Below the pieces are notes generated by a model. That model was not told the origin of the DNA. It saw only the letters and a program-made list of their open reading frames with translations, and did not search any database. A DNA stretch of 64,000 nt from Myxococcota bacterium (lineage in GTDB: Bacteria; Myxococcota_A; UBA9160; UBA6930), in NCBI GenBank assembly GCA_965223415.1, contig OZ245002.1, forward strand, positions 3,910,242 to 3,974,241. The letters are read 5' to 3'. The position numbers were made by a program, and so were the translations under genes. Positions 48,081 through 57,476 of this stretch are shown piece by piece; the stretch's first letter is position 1, and each line of letters opens with the position of its first letter.

Positions 48081-51000
48081 GCCTGCCCGAGTTCTCGGTC
48101 CGCCAGGTCGTCCTGGTGAACATCCTGTTCGTGATGGTGATCGGCGCCGGGCTCTTCGCCTGGGCCCGGATCCCGATCGAGGTCTTCCCGGACATCTCCT
48201 TCAACTCGGCCGTGGTCAATACCGTCTGGCCCGGCGCCTCGGCGGACGAGATGGAGCGGCTCGTCACCACCAGGCTCGAGGAGGAGATTCAGGACGTCGA
48301 CGGCATCAAGGAGATGGTGAGCTCGTCGTTGGCCGGCCTCTCCTCGATCGACATCGAGTGGGACGAGACGCTTTCCGCCGCCGAGCAGGAGAGCTCGCTG
48401 AACGAGCTGCGCGCGGCCATCGACCGGGTGAACGACCTGCCGGACGACGCCGAGCGGCCCTTCGTGATGGAGCTCTCGGTCCACGAGGTGCGGCCATCGT
48501 GCATGATCGCCGTGGCGGACGTCGGCGGGGTCGGCGAGTACACGATCCGCGAGGTGGCCCGGAGCCTGGAGGATCGGCTCGAGCGGCTTCCCGGCGTGCG
48601 CAAGGCGGTGCTGCGCGGCGAGCGCGAGCGGGAGCTGCGGGTGTACGTGGACCGGCGGCTCGCGATGCAAGCGGATCTCACGCTCCCCGAGATCAGCGCG
48701 GTGATCCGCAGCAACAACCAGAACATCCCGGCCGGCAACTTTCTGAACGCCCAGTCCGACGAGATCACCGTGCGCGGCCTCGGCAGCTTCGCGACGCCGG
48801 CCTCCCTGGCCGCCACGGTGGTGAAGAAGGATCGGGACGGGCGGCACATCACCCTGGGCGAGATCGCCACGATCGAGGAGGGCTTTGAGACGCGGCGCGT
48901 GTTCGGCCGCTACAACGGCAAGCCCGCCATCCAGATCGGCGTGGCCCAGCAGAGCGGCGTCGACGTACGCAAGCTCGTGGCGCGGGTGCGCGAGCTGGTC
49001 GAGAAGGAGCAGCCGCAGCTTCCGCCGGGTGTCGAGGCCACGGTCACCTGGGACAGCTCGACCTACGTCGAGTCCCGCATGGCGCTGCTCCAGTCGAACC
49101 TGGTGATCGGCATCCTGGCGGTGATCGGCGTGCTCTGGTTCACCGTCGGCTTCCGCAACGCGCTGCTCGCGATCCTGGCGGTTCCGTTCTCGTTCCTGTT
49201 CGCGATCTACGCCTTCCCGTACATGGGGATGAGCCTGAACAGCCTGACGCTGATCGGCTTCATCATGGTCTCGGGGATGCTGGTCGATCACGCGATCATC
49301 ATCATCGAGAACATCTACCGCCACGTGGAGGAGGGCAGCCCGCTGCGCACGGCCATCGTGGAGGGAACGCGCCAGGTCATGTGGCCGGTGATCGCCACTG
49401 TCGCCACAACCCTGGCGGCCTTCTTGCCGATGCTGCTCGTCTCCGGCACCTCCGGCGAGTTCTTCTCGCTGCTGCCGAAGGCGGTGATCATCACCCTGGT
49501 CGGCTCGCTGATCGAAGCGCTGATCATCCTTCCGGCCCACTACCTCGATTGGGGAAGCCGTGCCGGTGCCGCGGCGGCGGGCGACGCCGCCGAAGGGCCC
49601 GGTGTCACGGCCTTCTCCCAGCGGGCGCGCGCTCGCGTGGACGGGTGGCTCGGCCAGGCCCGGGAGAGCTACCTGCGGGCCCTGGAGCCGGTCCTGCGCC
49701 ACCGGGGGAGCTTCTTCCTGGCCTGCTGCGCCGCGCTCGCCTTCTCCTGCGGGCTCACCCAGCATGTCGACGTCGCGCTCTTCAAGTCCGATTTCAACCA
49801 GCTCTTCGTGAACGTGGACGCGCCGATCGACGCGGGCATCGACCAGACCGGCGAGGCGATGGCGGCTGTCGATTCGGCGCTCGCCGAGTTCGGCGGCGAG
49901 CTCACCGACTACCTCTCCTACGCCGGCATGAAGATGTCGCCCAACGGTGGGCCGACGAACGGTGTGAACTACGGCGTCTTCTACGTGCAATTCCCGGACA
50001 CGCCGCACAACGTCGCGCATCCGGAGGCCATCTTCGAGCGGATCCGCGAGCGGGTGGAAGGGACGGCGCGGGAGCAGGCCGGAATCGAGAAGGTGTTCGC
50101 GATCGCGCCCCGCAACGGCCCGCCGGTGGGCAAGCCCGTGGCGATCCGCGTGTACTCGGACGACTACGACGAGGCGAAGCGGGCCGCCGCGGAGCTCAAG
50201 GCCGAGCTGGCAGCCATCCCCGGTGTCTACAACATCGAGGACAACATGCCGATCGGTCCGCGGGAGCTGCGCGTTCGCCTGGACGAGCACCGGGCGTCCC
50301 TGCACGGCCTCACCTTCCAGGACGTGGGTATGGCGCTGCGTGCCGCCAACGACGGCCTCGTCCCCGGGACCTTCAAGGACCCGACCGCCGACGAAGACGT
50401 CGATATCCGGGTCATGTATCCCGAGGCCCAGCGCAGGAGCATCGCGGACCTCCTCGACGTGGAGATCCGCGCGCCCGCCGGCCACACCGTGAAGCTCGGA
50501 GACGTGGCGCGCATCGATGTCGAGCGCAGCTACCACACCCTCACCCACTACGATGCCCGCCGGGCCGTCGTGGTCTACGCCGAGGTGGACGGTGACCAGG
50601 CCACGTCGTTCTCGGCGAACCGGGAGATGGCGGCGCGCTTCGCCGACGCGAGCCAGCGCTGGCCCGGCGTAACCCTGGTCTTCGGCGGCGAGGCCCAGGA
50701 GACCGAGCGAAGCATGTCGGAGCTGCTGGGCACGCTCTTCATCGCGCTGATCGCCATCTACGCGATCCTGGCCGCCCAGTTCCGCTCCTACCTCCAGCCG
50801 GTAGTGGTGATGAGCGTGATCGGCTTCGCCTTCATCGGCGTCGTGCTCGGCATGTTCGTGCTCGACTACCCGCTCACCATGTACGTCTTCTACGCCATGG
50901 TGGGCCTGGCGGGCATCGTGGTGAACGACTCGCTCGTGCTGATCGACTTCGTGAACCAGGGCCGCGCCGGCGGCCTTCCCGCCCTGGACGCCGTGCGCGC

Positions 51001-51259
51001 CGCCTGCCGGCTGCGCTTCCGGCCGATCCTGCTGACGACGGTCACCACCATCGCAGGCCTGCTGCCGATGGCGATCGGCCTCGGCGGCACCCATCCCGTG
51101 TACGGGCCCTTTGCCGCCGGTATCGTGTTCGGCCTGGGCATCGCGAGCTGCCTCACCCTCTTCACGGTCCCGGCGCTCTACCTGATGGTGGAGGGGGCGA
51201 AGGACCGGGTCGTCACCTGGCGCGGAGGAGCCGAGCCCGTCGCAGCGCCAGGACGCTAA
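48077..51259 (+). CDS. RND efflux permease (AcrB/AcrD/AcrF family)
   Basis: 1060 aa; WPGAS..EME, GMLVDHAIIIIENI, GIVVNDSLVL, RFRPILLT. Confidence 0.95.
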   Translation: MSLPEFSVRQVVLVNILFVMVIGAGLFAWARIPIEVFPDISFNSAVVNTVWPGASADEMERLVTTRLEEEIQDVDGIKEMVSSSLAGLSSIDIEWDETLSAAEQESSLNELRAAIDRVNDLPDDAERPFVMELSVHEVRPSCMIAVADVGGVGEYTIREVARSLEDRLERLPGVRKAVLRGERERELRVYVDRRLAMQADLTLPEISAVIRSNNQNIPAGNFLNAQSDEITVRGLGSFATPASLAATVVKKDRDGRHITLGEIATIEEGFETRRVFGRYNGKPAIQIGVAQQSGVDVRKLVARVRELVEKEQPQLPPGVEATVTWDSSTYVESRMALLQSNLVIGILAVIGVLWFTVGFRNALLAILAVPFSFLFAIYAFPYMGMSLNSLTLIGFIMVSGMLVDHAIIIIENIYRHVEEGSPLRTAIVEGTRQVMWPVIATVATTLAAFLPMLLVSGTSGEFFSLLPKAVIITLVGSLIEALIILPAHYLDWGSRAGAAAAGDAAEGPGVTAFSQRARARVDGWLGQARESYLRALEPVLRHRGSFFLACCAALAFSCGLTQHVDVALFKSDFNQLFVNVDAPIDAGIDQTGEAMAAVDSALAEFGGELTDYLSYAGMKMSPNGGPTNGVNYGVFYVQFPDTPHNVAHPEAIFERIRERVEGTAREQAGIEKVFAIAPRNGPPVGKPVAIRVYSDDYDEAKRAAAELKAELAAIPGVYNIEDNMPIGPRELRVRLDEHRASLHGLTFQDVGMALRAANDGLVPGTFKDPTADEDVDIRVMYPEAQRRSIADLLDVEIRAPAGHTVKLGDVARIDVERSYHTLTHYDARRAVVVYAEVDGDQATSFSANREMAARFADASQRWPGVTLVFGGEAQETERSMSELLGTLFIALIAIYAILAAQFRSYLQPVVVMSVIGFAFIGVVLGMFVLDYPLTMYVFYAMVGLAGIVVNDSLVLIDFVNQGRAGGLPALDAVRAACRLRFRPILLTTVTTIAGLLPMAIGLGGTHPVYGPFAAGIVFGLGIASCLTLFTVPALYLMVEGAKDRVVTWRGGAEPVAAPGR

Positions 51260-51325
51260 GAAGCGGGGCCAGAGTTAAGAATTCAGTTGTCCACAACTGA
51301 ATTCTTAACTCTGGCCCCGCTTCTT
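51258..51325. repeat. Perfect 33-bp inverted repeat with 2-nt loop between convergent genes
   Basis: AAGAAGCGGGGCCAGAGTTAAGAATTCAGTTGT-CC-ACAACTGAATTCTTAACTCTGGCCCCGCTTCTT. Confidence 0.95.
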
Positions 51326-51329
51326 CATT

Positions 51330-51950
51330 TCAGGAGGCGACGGCGTCGCGGACGAACTGCACCACTGCGTCGAGGATCTTCGGGGTGTCCGGGAAGCGCG
51401 GGTCGCGGCGGTAGGCGCGGCCGGAGTAGTCGCTCTGGAGCTGGCAGATCACGTCGGCCACCGAGGGGACGTCCAGGTCCGGGCGGAACTCGCCGCTCTC
51501 GATGCCGCGGCGCAGGATGGAGGCGACCAGGTCCCGGTGGGGCTGCACCCGGTCGGCGCTGGCGGCGGAGATGCGCGGCAGGTCGAGGGAGCGCTCGCCC
51601 CGCAGCAGGGCGGGCAGGAGGGGGTGGCTGCGGCAGAACTCGACCGAGCGGCGGAACATGCCCTCCAGGGTCTCCCCGGCGGGCTCGTTCTCCGCGTCGC
51701 GAGGGACCATCGCGCGGACCCAGTCGCGGATGATCTCCTCCATGACCACCTCGTAGAGGTGCTCCTTGTCGCGGAAGAAGCGGTAGAGGAGGCCGTTGGA
51801 GACGCCGGCGTCCCGGGCGATGGCGCCGATGGTGGCGCCGGCGTAGCCGTGGGAGCCGAAGCAGGAGCGGGCGGCGGCCAGGATGCGCTGACGGCGGGCC
51901 TCGCTCTCCTGCTGGCGTCTTCCGGTCTTCTCGGCGGTCTCGGATCTCAC
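51330..51950 (-). CDS. TetR/AcrR family regulator
   Basis: RQRILAAA...GYAGATIGAIARDAGVSNGLLYRFFRDKEHL. Confidence 0.92.
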   Translation of the reverse strand: MRSETAEKTGRRQQESEARRQRILAAARSCFGSHGYAGATIGAIARDAGVSNGLLYRFFRDKEHLYEVVMEEIIRDWVRAMVPRDAENEPAGETLEGMFRRSVEFCRSHPLLPALLRGERSLDLPRISAASADRVQPHRDLVASILRRGIESGEFRPDLDVPSVADVICQLQSDYSGRAYRRDPRFPDTPKILDAVVQFVRDAVAS

Positions 51951-51952
51951 GG

Positions 51953-52001
51953 TGAACGAAATCTATCAGAAATTCATTGAAAAATCGCTCCAAATCGTTC
52001 A
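51953..52001. promoter_or_regulatory. Double palindrome TGAA-N16-TTCA-T-TGAA-N16-TTCA (putative TetR operator), copy 2
   Basis: In the TetR/amidohydrolase divergent gap; matches 12621-12669. Confidence 0.78.
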
Positions 52002-52033
52002 TCTTACGACTCGCCCCGCAAAGGAGACCCGCC

Positions 52034-52981
52034 ATGGCCGAGCTCGCCTTCCGCGCCTTCGACGCCGACCACCACTACTACGAGCACGAGGACGCCTTCA
52101 TCCGCCACATCGATCCGCGCATGAAGCGGCGCTGCATGCAGTGGGCGGAGGTGAACGGGCGCAAGCGGCTGCTCGTGGGCGGGAAGGTCAACTCGTTCAT
52201 CCCGAACCCGACCTTCGACCCGGTGGCCAGGCCGGGTGTGCTCGACGAGTTCTTTCGAGGCAAGAACCCGGACGGCAAGGGCATGGTCGAGCTCTTCGGC
52301 GAGCTCGATCCGATCAACCCCGCCTACCGGGATCGCGATGCCCGGGTGCGACTCCTCGACACCCAGGGCCTCGACGGCGCCTACCTGTTCCCCACGCTCG
52401 GCGTCGGAATGGAGTTCGCCCTGGCCGACGATCCGGAGGCGGCCCTCGCCGCCTTCCGCGCCTTCAACCGCTGGATCGAAGAGGACTGGGGGTTCGCCTA
52501 CCAGCTCGCCTTCCACTCGGGCGACGCCGGCTACAACCGCTTCGCCGACGAGTGGGGCGCGCTCTCGCCGGAGCCCATCGCCGACACCCTCGCCGCCGTG
52601 ATCTGCCACGGCGTCCTCACCCGCCACCCGAACGTACGAATCGCGACCATCGAGACCGGCAGCATCTGGGTGCAGCCCCTGCTGCGGCGTCTCAAGAAGG
52701 CCTACGGCCAGATGCCCTTCGCCTTCGAGCACGACCCGGTCGAGCAGTTCAAGCGGAACGTGTGGGTGTCGCCGTACTACGAGGACGACCTGGAAACGCT
52801 CCGGAACACGATCGGCGCCGACCACGTGCTTTTCGGCTCGGACTATCCCCACGCCGAGGGCCTCGCCGAGCCCACCGACTTCCTCTACGACTGCAAGGGC
52901 TACGACGAGGACGAGATCCGGCTGGTCATGCGCGAGAACGCGATGGGACTCATCGAGCCCCGCCCGGCGAGCCGCGCCTAG
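52034..52981 (+). CDS. Amidohydrolase_2-family protein with apparent in-frame internal deletion(s)
   Basis: FDADHHYYE, FNRW, FHSGD, FGSDYPHAEG, MRENA; RBS AAGGAG; barrel segment between NRW and FHSG missing. Confidence 0.82.
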   Translation: MAELAFRAFDADHHYYEHEDAFIRHIDPRMKRRCMQWAEVNGRKRLLVGGKVNSFIPNPTFDPVARPGVLDEFFRGKNPDGKGMVELFGELDPINPAYRDRDARVRLLDTQGLDGAYLFPTLGVGMEFALADDPEAALAAFRAFNRWIEEDWGFAYQLAFHSGDAGYNRFADEWGALSPEPIADTLAAVICHGVLTRHPNVRIATIETGSIWVQPLLRRLKKAYGQMPFAFEHDPVEQFKRNVWVSPYYEDDLETLRNTIGADHVLFGSDYPHAEGLAEPTDFLYDCKGYDEDEIRLVMRENAMGLIEPRPASRA

Positions 52982-52986
52982 GACAC

Positions 52987-53010
52987 GCGCCGGGGCGGGC
53001 GCCCCGGCGC
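52987..53010 (+). terminator. GC-rich hairpin after the amidohydrolase (no U-tract)
   Basis: GCGCCGGGGCG-GG-CGCCCCGGCGC. Confidence 0.4.
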
Positions 53011-53047
53011 TCCGTCTGGCACCCTCGGGCGCCCACAGGGAGGCCCG

Positions 53048-54016
53048 ATGACCGACTACGCCACCGAGCTCGACGTCGCTCTCGAAGCCGTGCGTGCGGC
53101 CGCCCGCGTGTGCCGGGCGGTGCAGCAGCGCCTCGTCACCGCCGAGACCCTCGAGAAGAAGGACAAGAGCCCGGTCACGGTGGCCGACTTCGCCTCCCAG
53201 GCGATCGTCTGCCAGCGGCTGGCGGCGGCGCTGCCGGACGACCGGGTGGTCGGCGAGGAGGACTCGGCGGAGCTGCGCGCACCGGACCAGGCGGCGCTCC
53301 GCGCCGCGGTCGCCCGGGAGGTGGCCGCCGAGGTGGACGGCGCAGCCGACGAGGAGGCGGTGCTCGGCTGGATCGACCGGGGCGGCGCCGCCGCCGACAC
53401 CGCGCGCTACTGGACCCTCGACCCGATCGACGGGACGAAGGGCTTCCTGCGCGGCGAGCAGTACGCGGTGGCCCTGGGCCTGATCGAAGGCGGTCAGGTG
53501 GTGCTCGGCGTGCTGGGCTGCCCCAACCTGGACGGCGGCCTGCTCTTCTCCGCTGTGCGTGGCCAGGGCGCCCGGGAGCACGCCCTGGCGCCCGGCGGGG
53601 CCGGCACGCCGATCCGGGTCGCCGGTGTGACCGCGCCGGCGCAGGCGCGCTTCTGCGAATCGGTGGAATCGGCCCACTCCGACCAGAGCGAGTCCGCCCA
53701 GATCGCGAGCCGCCTCGGCATCACCCAGGAGCCCTACCGCATCGACAGCCAGTGCAAGTACGCCGCGGTCGCCCGGGGCGACGCCTCGATCTACCTGCGT
53801 ATGCCCACCCGCAAGGACTACCGCGAGAAGATCTGGGACCACGCAGCGGGAATGCTCGTCGTGCAGGAGGCGGGCGGGTGCGTGTCCGACGTGCTGGGGC
53901 AGGAGCTCGACTTCAGCCGGGGACGCACCCTCGACGCCAACCGCGGCATCGTCGCCACCGCGGCCCCGATCCATGCCGACGTGATCGCCGCCGTGCGCGC
54001 CGTGCGGGGCGAGTAG
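53048..54016 (+). CDS. 3'(2'),5'-bisphosphate nucleotidase (HAL2/SAL1 type)
   Basis: KKDKSPVTVADFASQA, VGEED, WTLDPIDGTKGFLRG.QYA, IDSQCKY, EKIWDHAAG. Confidence 0.93.
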   Translation: MTDYATELDVALEAVRAAARVCRAVQQRLVTAETLEKKDKSPVTVADFASQAIVCQRLAAALPDDRVVGEEDSAELRAPDQAALRAAVAREVAAEVDGAADEEAVLGWIDRGGAAADTARYWTLDPIDGTKGFLRGEQYAVALGLIEGGQVVLGVLGCPNLDGGLLFSAVRGQGAREHALAPGGAGTPIRVAGVTAPAQARFCESVESAHSDQSESAQIASRLGITQEPYRIDSQCKYAAVARGDASIYLRMPTRKDYREKIWDHAAGMLVVQEAGGCVSDVLGQELDFSRGRTLDANRGIVATAAPIHADVIAAVRAVRGE

Positions 54017-54022
54017 CTCCGC

Positions 54023-55786
54023 TCAGCCGAGCGGCCAGACCCAGGGAATGACGGTGAGCGCGACGACCGCGCACACCACGTCCAGGGGCAGGCCCGCGCG
54101 CACGAAATCGGTGAAGCGGTAGCCGCCGGGCCCGTAGACGATCAGGTGGGTCTGGTAGGTCACCGGGTTCGCGAAGGCGCAGGCGGCGCCCAGGGCCGTG
54201 GCCATCACGAAGCCTCTCGGCTCGGCGCCGACCTGGGCCGCCGCCTGGATCGCGATCGGGAACATGATGGCGACCGCCGCGTTGTGGTGCAGGAACTCCG
54301 AGAGGAGCACGGTGAAGCCGTACACCGCGGCGAGGGTGAGCCACGGATCCATGCTGCCGGCGCTCCCGACCAGCAAGCTCGCCACCGCGGCGGCAGCGCC
54401 GGTCTTGTCCATGGCCAGGGCGATGCCGAGCCCGGCGCCGATCACGACGAGGACGTCCCACTTCACGGCCTGGCGCGCCGTCGGGCCGTCGATGCAGCGG
54501 GTGCCGATCAAGGCGCCCGCGGCGACGAAGGAGGCGATGGAGATCGGCACGACGCCGAGGGCGGCGACTGTGACCATCGTGACGAGGATGACCAGGGCCA
54601 CGCCGGCCTTCTCCGTGCGCGGTGCGACGTGGCCACCGATCTCGCTGACCAGGTAGAAATCGGGGCTGCCGCCGTGGGCGCGCATGAAGCCCGGGGCGGT
54701 CTGCATCAGCAGGGTGTCGCCGGGGCGCAGGACGATCTCGCCGATCTTGCCGCCGACGCGCTCGCCATTGCGGTGCACCGCGACCACCGCCGCGTCGAAG
54801 GTCGTGCGGAAGTTGACGTCGCGGATGCTCTGGCCGCGCAGGGGCGAGCTGCTCGACACCACCGCCTCGACGAGCCGACGCTCCCGGGTGCCCGCCACGT
54901 CGTCCGTGTCCGGGACCAGGCCGGGGAAGCGCTGCAGGTCGACGATCGTCGACACCACGCCGGCGAACACCAGCCGGTCGCCCTCGCGGAGCCGCTCCTG
55001 GGGCCCGACCGGCGTGACCGTCTGCCCGTCCCGATCGATCTCGACCAGGAAGAGGCCCGGAAGCTGGCGCAGGCCCGCCTCCTCCACGGTCTGACCGGCG
55101 AGTCGGCTCCCGGCCTCGACCCGCATCGCCGCCGTGTACTCGCGCCAGCGGTCGCCGAGCTGCTGGGCCAGGTCCTGGCGGGCGGGGATGAGCCGCGGGG
55201 CCACGACCACCACGTACGCCAGGCCGACGATGCAGATCGGGAGGCCGACCGGCAGGAACTCGAAGAAGCGGAGCGGCGGCATGCCGGCCTGGTCGACGAG
55301 GCCCGCCGCGGTGAGGTTCACGCTCGTGCCGATCACCGTCAGCACGCTGCCGAGGATCGTCGCGTAGGAGAGGGGGATCAGGAAGCGGCTCGGGGAGAGG
55401 CCGGTGCGCCGCGACCACTCGATCACCACCGGCGTCATCATGGCCACGATCGGCGCGTTGTTGAGGAAGCCCGAGAACGCGGCGAGGGGCGGGCACATGC
55501 GCACCAGGGCCGAGAGCTCGCTGCGCGCCCGGCCGAAGAGCCGCACCACGGCCCCCTCCAGGAGCCCCGTCTCGCGCAGGCCCGCGGAGACGATGAAGAG
55601 CGCGCCCACCGTAGCCATGGCCGGGTTCGCGAAGCCCGAGAAGGTCTCGCCGGGGGTGAGGACGCCGGTGATGGCGAGGGTGAACAGGCCCGCCATCACG
55701 ATCAGGTCGGGCCCGGCCAGCTCCTTGGCCATGGCGGCGACCATCAACACGAGGACGCCCACGGTCAGCCAGCCGTCGAATCCCAT
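54023..55786 (-). CDS. SLC13/DASS permease with TrkA-C domains
   Basis: GFANPA, FLNNAPIVA, IGTSVNL, two RCK-C segments, NPVTYQTHLIVYGPGGYRFTDF. Confidence 0.92.
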   Translation of the reverse strand: MGFDGWLTVGVLVLMVAAMAKELAGPDLIVMAGLFTLAITGVLTPGETFSGFANPAMATVGALFIVSAGLRETGLLEGAVVRLFGRARSELSALVRMCPPLAAFSGFLNNAPIVAMMTPVVIEWSRRTGLSPSRFLIPLSYATILGSVLTVIGTSVNLTAAGLVDQAGMPPLRFFEFLPVGLPICIVGLAYVVVVAPRLIPARQDLAQQLGDRWREYTAAMRVEAGSRLAGQTVEEAGLRQLPGLFLVEIDRDGQTVTPVGPQERLREGDRLVFAGVVSTIVDLQRFPGLVPDTDDVAGTRERRLVEAVVSSSSPLRGQSIRDVNFRTTFDAAVVAVHRNGERVGGKIGEIVLRPGDTLLMQTAPGFMRAHGGSPDFYLVSEIGGHVAPRTEKAGVALVILVTMVTVAALGVVPISIASFVAAGALIGTRCIDGPTARQAVKWDVLVVIGAGLGIALAMDKTGAAAAVASLLVGSAGSMDPWLTLAAVYGFTVLLSEFLHHNAAVAIMFPIAIQAAAQVGAEPRGFVMATALGAACAFANPVTYQTHLIVYGPGGYRFTDFVRAGLPLDVVCAVVALTVIPWVWPLG

Positions 55787-55835
55787 GCGGGGGCGACCAT
55801 ACCGGGATCGGGGCCCATCCGCGACAATGCGCCGG

Positions 55836-56939
55836 ATGCCCTTCGGCCCCGACGCCCCTCCCCGCGCCTTCTCGGAGCGCGCCTTCTATCAGCGCGAGTT
55901 CCGCGCGCGCACCCTCGCGGTCGCGTCGCTTCGGGCCGACGACTTTCGGCATCCGGGCCTGGCCCAGGGCCTCGATGTCCTGCACGACGGGGGAGGTCGG
56001 GCCGTCGTCGTCGGTCCGGACGAGGAGGCCCTTGACGCGCACACCGGCGGCGCCACCTGGGCGATCGACGACGACGGGCTGGAAGGCGCGCTGTGGCGGG
56101 CGCTCGGCAAGGCCTCGCCGGTGGGGGTCGTCGCGCCGGCGCAGGGTTTCGACGCGTCGCTCCGCGGCCTGGCCGCAGGCCTCCGCTTCTTCAAGGTGGT
56201 GCGGCTCGATGCCGGGGGCGGGCTCCGATCGAAGCGCGAGGGCCGGCACTCCTTCGTGCACCGGGAGGAGCTCCGGGCGTGGATCGCCGGCGGCGGCGAG
56301 GGGTTGGCCCGGGACGATCGGCTGCCGCTGTGGCGGGAGGTGGTCGCGCTCCTCGACGCCGGGGTGCCGGCGGTCAACGTGTGCGATGCGGCCGGGCTGA
56401 CCGACGAGCTCTTCACCTACGCGGGCGTCGGCACGCTCTTCACCAGCGAACGCTATGTCGGCGTGCGAGCCCTCACCATCGACGACTACGCCGCGGCGGC
56501 GGACCTGATCGCCCGCGGCATGGAGGAGGGCTACCTGGCGCCGCGCAGCGACGCGGAGATCGACCGCATGCTCGGCAGCGGCTTCGGGGCCTTCGTCGAG
56601 GGGCGCTACCTGGCCGGGATCGGTGCGCTCCTGCGCTGGGGCGACACCGGCGAGATCAGCTCGCTCTACACGCTCACCCGCTTCCTGGGCGAGGGCGTGG
56701 GGCAGCACCTGGTGGCCCACGCCGTGCAGCGCGCCGCCGAGCTGGGCCTGGGGAGCATCTTCGCCTGCACCACCTCGGAGCGGGTCGCGAGCTTCTTCAC
56801 ACGACAGGGCTTCGTCGAAGCAGACCCCGCCGAGCTGCCGCCGGAGAAGTGGAGCGGCTACGACCCGGCGCGTCGGGCAAAGCTCCGCTGCCTGCGTCGG
56901 GAGATCCGCGGCGACGGTGTGGCCGGAGGTGGACTGTAA
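55836..56939 (+). CDS. ArgA-like protein: degenerate amino-acid-kinase domain + GNAT
   Basis: GLTDELFTYAGVGTLFT linker, EISSLYT..RFLGEGVG, IFACTT..FF..GF. Confidence 0.72.
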   Translation: MPFGPDAPPRAFSERAFYQREFRARTLAVASLRADDFRHPGLAQGLDVLHDGGGRAVVVGPDEEALDAHTGGATWAIDDDGLEGALWRALGKASPVGVVAPAQGFDASLRGLAAGLRFFKVVRLDAGGGLRSKREGRHSFVHREELRAWIAGGGEGLARDDRLPLWREVVALLDAGVPAVNVCDAAGLTDELFTYAGVGTLFTSERYVGVRALTIDDYAAAADLIARGMEEGYLAPRSDAEIDRMLGSGFGAFVEGRYLAGIGALLRWGDTGEISSLYTLTRFLGEGVGQHLVAHAVQRAAELGLGSIFACTTSERVASFFTRQGFVEADPAELPPEKWSGYDPARRAKLRCLRREIRGDGVAGGGL

Positions 56940-57353
56940 GCCGGGTTCTGTTCCGGCCCGCGGTCGCCCGCGAGCCGGCGAGGATCATTCATCTAGGCGA
57001 CGCATTGCTGCGCCACTCGAGCGCTCTCACCCGGACGTCGGTTCCTTGCGGACGCTCGGGCGGACCACCCTCGGCGACGTCCCTATTCGAGCTTGCTCCG
57101 GGAGGGGCTTGCCCCGCCGCCGGTCACCCGGCAGTCGCGCGTGGGCTCTTACCCCACGATTTCACCCTTGCCTGTGCCTCCTCCGGCGGCCCCTCTCAGA
57201 GCCTCCGGGATCGCGGGCCATCGGCGGTGTGGTTTCTGTGGCGCTTTCCCTCGGGTCACCCCGGGTCGCCGTTAGCGACCTCCCTGCCCTGTGGAGCCCG
57301 GACTTTCCTCCCGCGGGCGATGCCCGCCCGCCGGCGATCCTCCGTCCACCTCC
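56925..57353 (-). ncRNA. rnpB: RNase P RNA, bacterial type A
   Basis: Minus strand GAGGAAAGTCCGGGCTCC, GAAAGCGCCACAGAAA, GGTGAAA..GGTAAGAGCCCAC, ACAGAACCCGGCTTA; P1 GGAGGTGGAC/GTCCACCTCC. Confidence 0.97.
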
Positions 57354-57450
57354 GGCCCCGCAAGCCTAATCCGGAGCGGAGGCCTGGCAAGCGCACGCCA
57401 GCCGAGTTCCCTGGGTCCGGGAGCCACCCCGAGGGGACTTGATTCGTCAG

Positions 57451-57471
57451 TCAGTATCCGATAGATACTGA
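57451..57471. promoter_or_regulatory. Inverted repeat TCAGTATC-N5-GATACTGA, probable HxlR operator
   Basis: Perfect 8-bp arms ending 5 nt before the GTG start; TTGATT at 57439 as candidate -35. Confidence 0.72.
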
Positions 57472-57476
57472 TCTCC

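Noticed and set aside
1826-56720. Very long alternative-frame ORFs (e.g. 1826-5761, 25972-29394, 47645-51094, 53913-56720)
   Set aside because: Arg/Pro/Gly/Ala-rich shadow or antisense frames of real genes, expected at this GC content; no motifs
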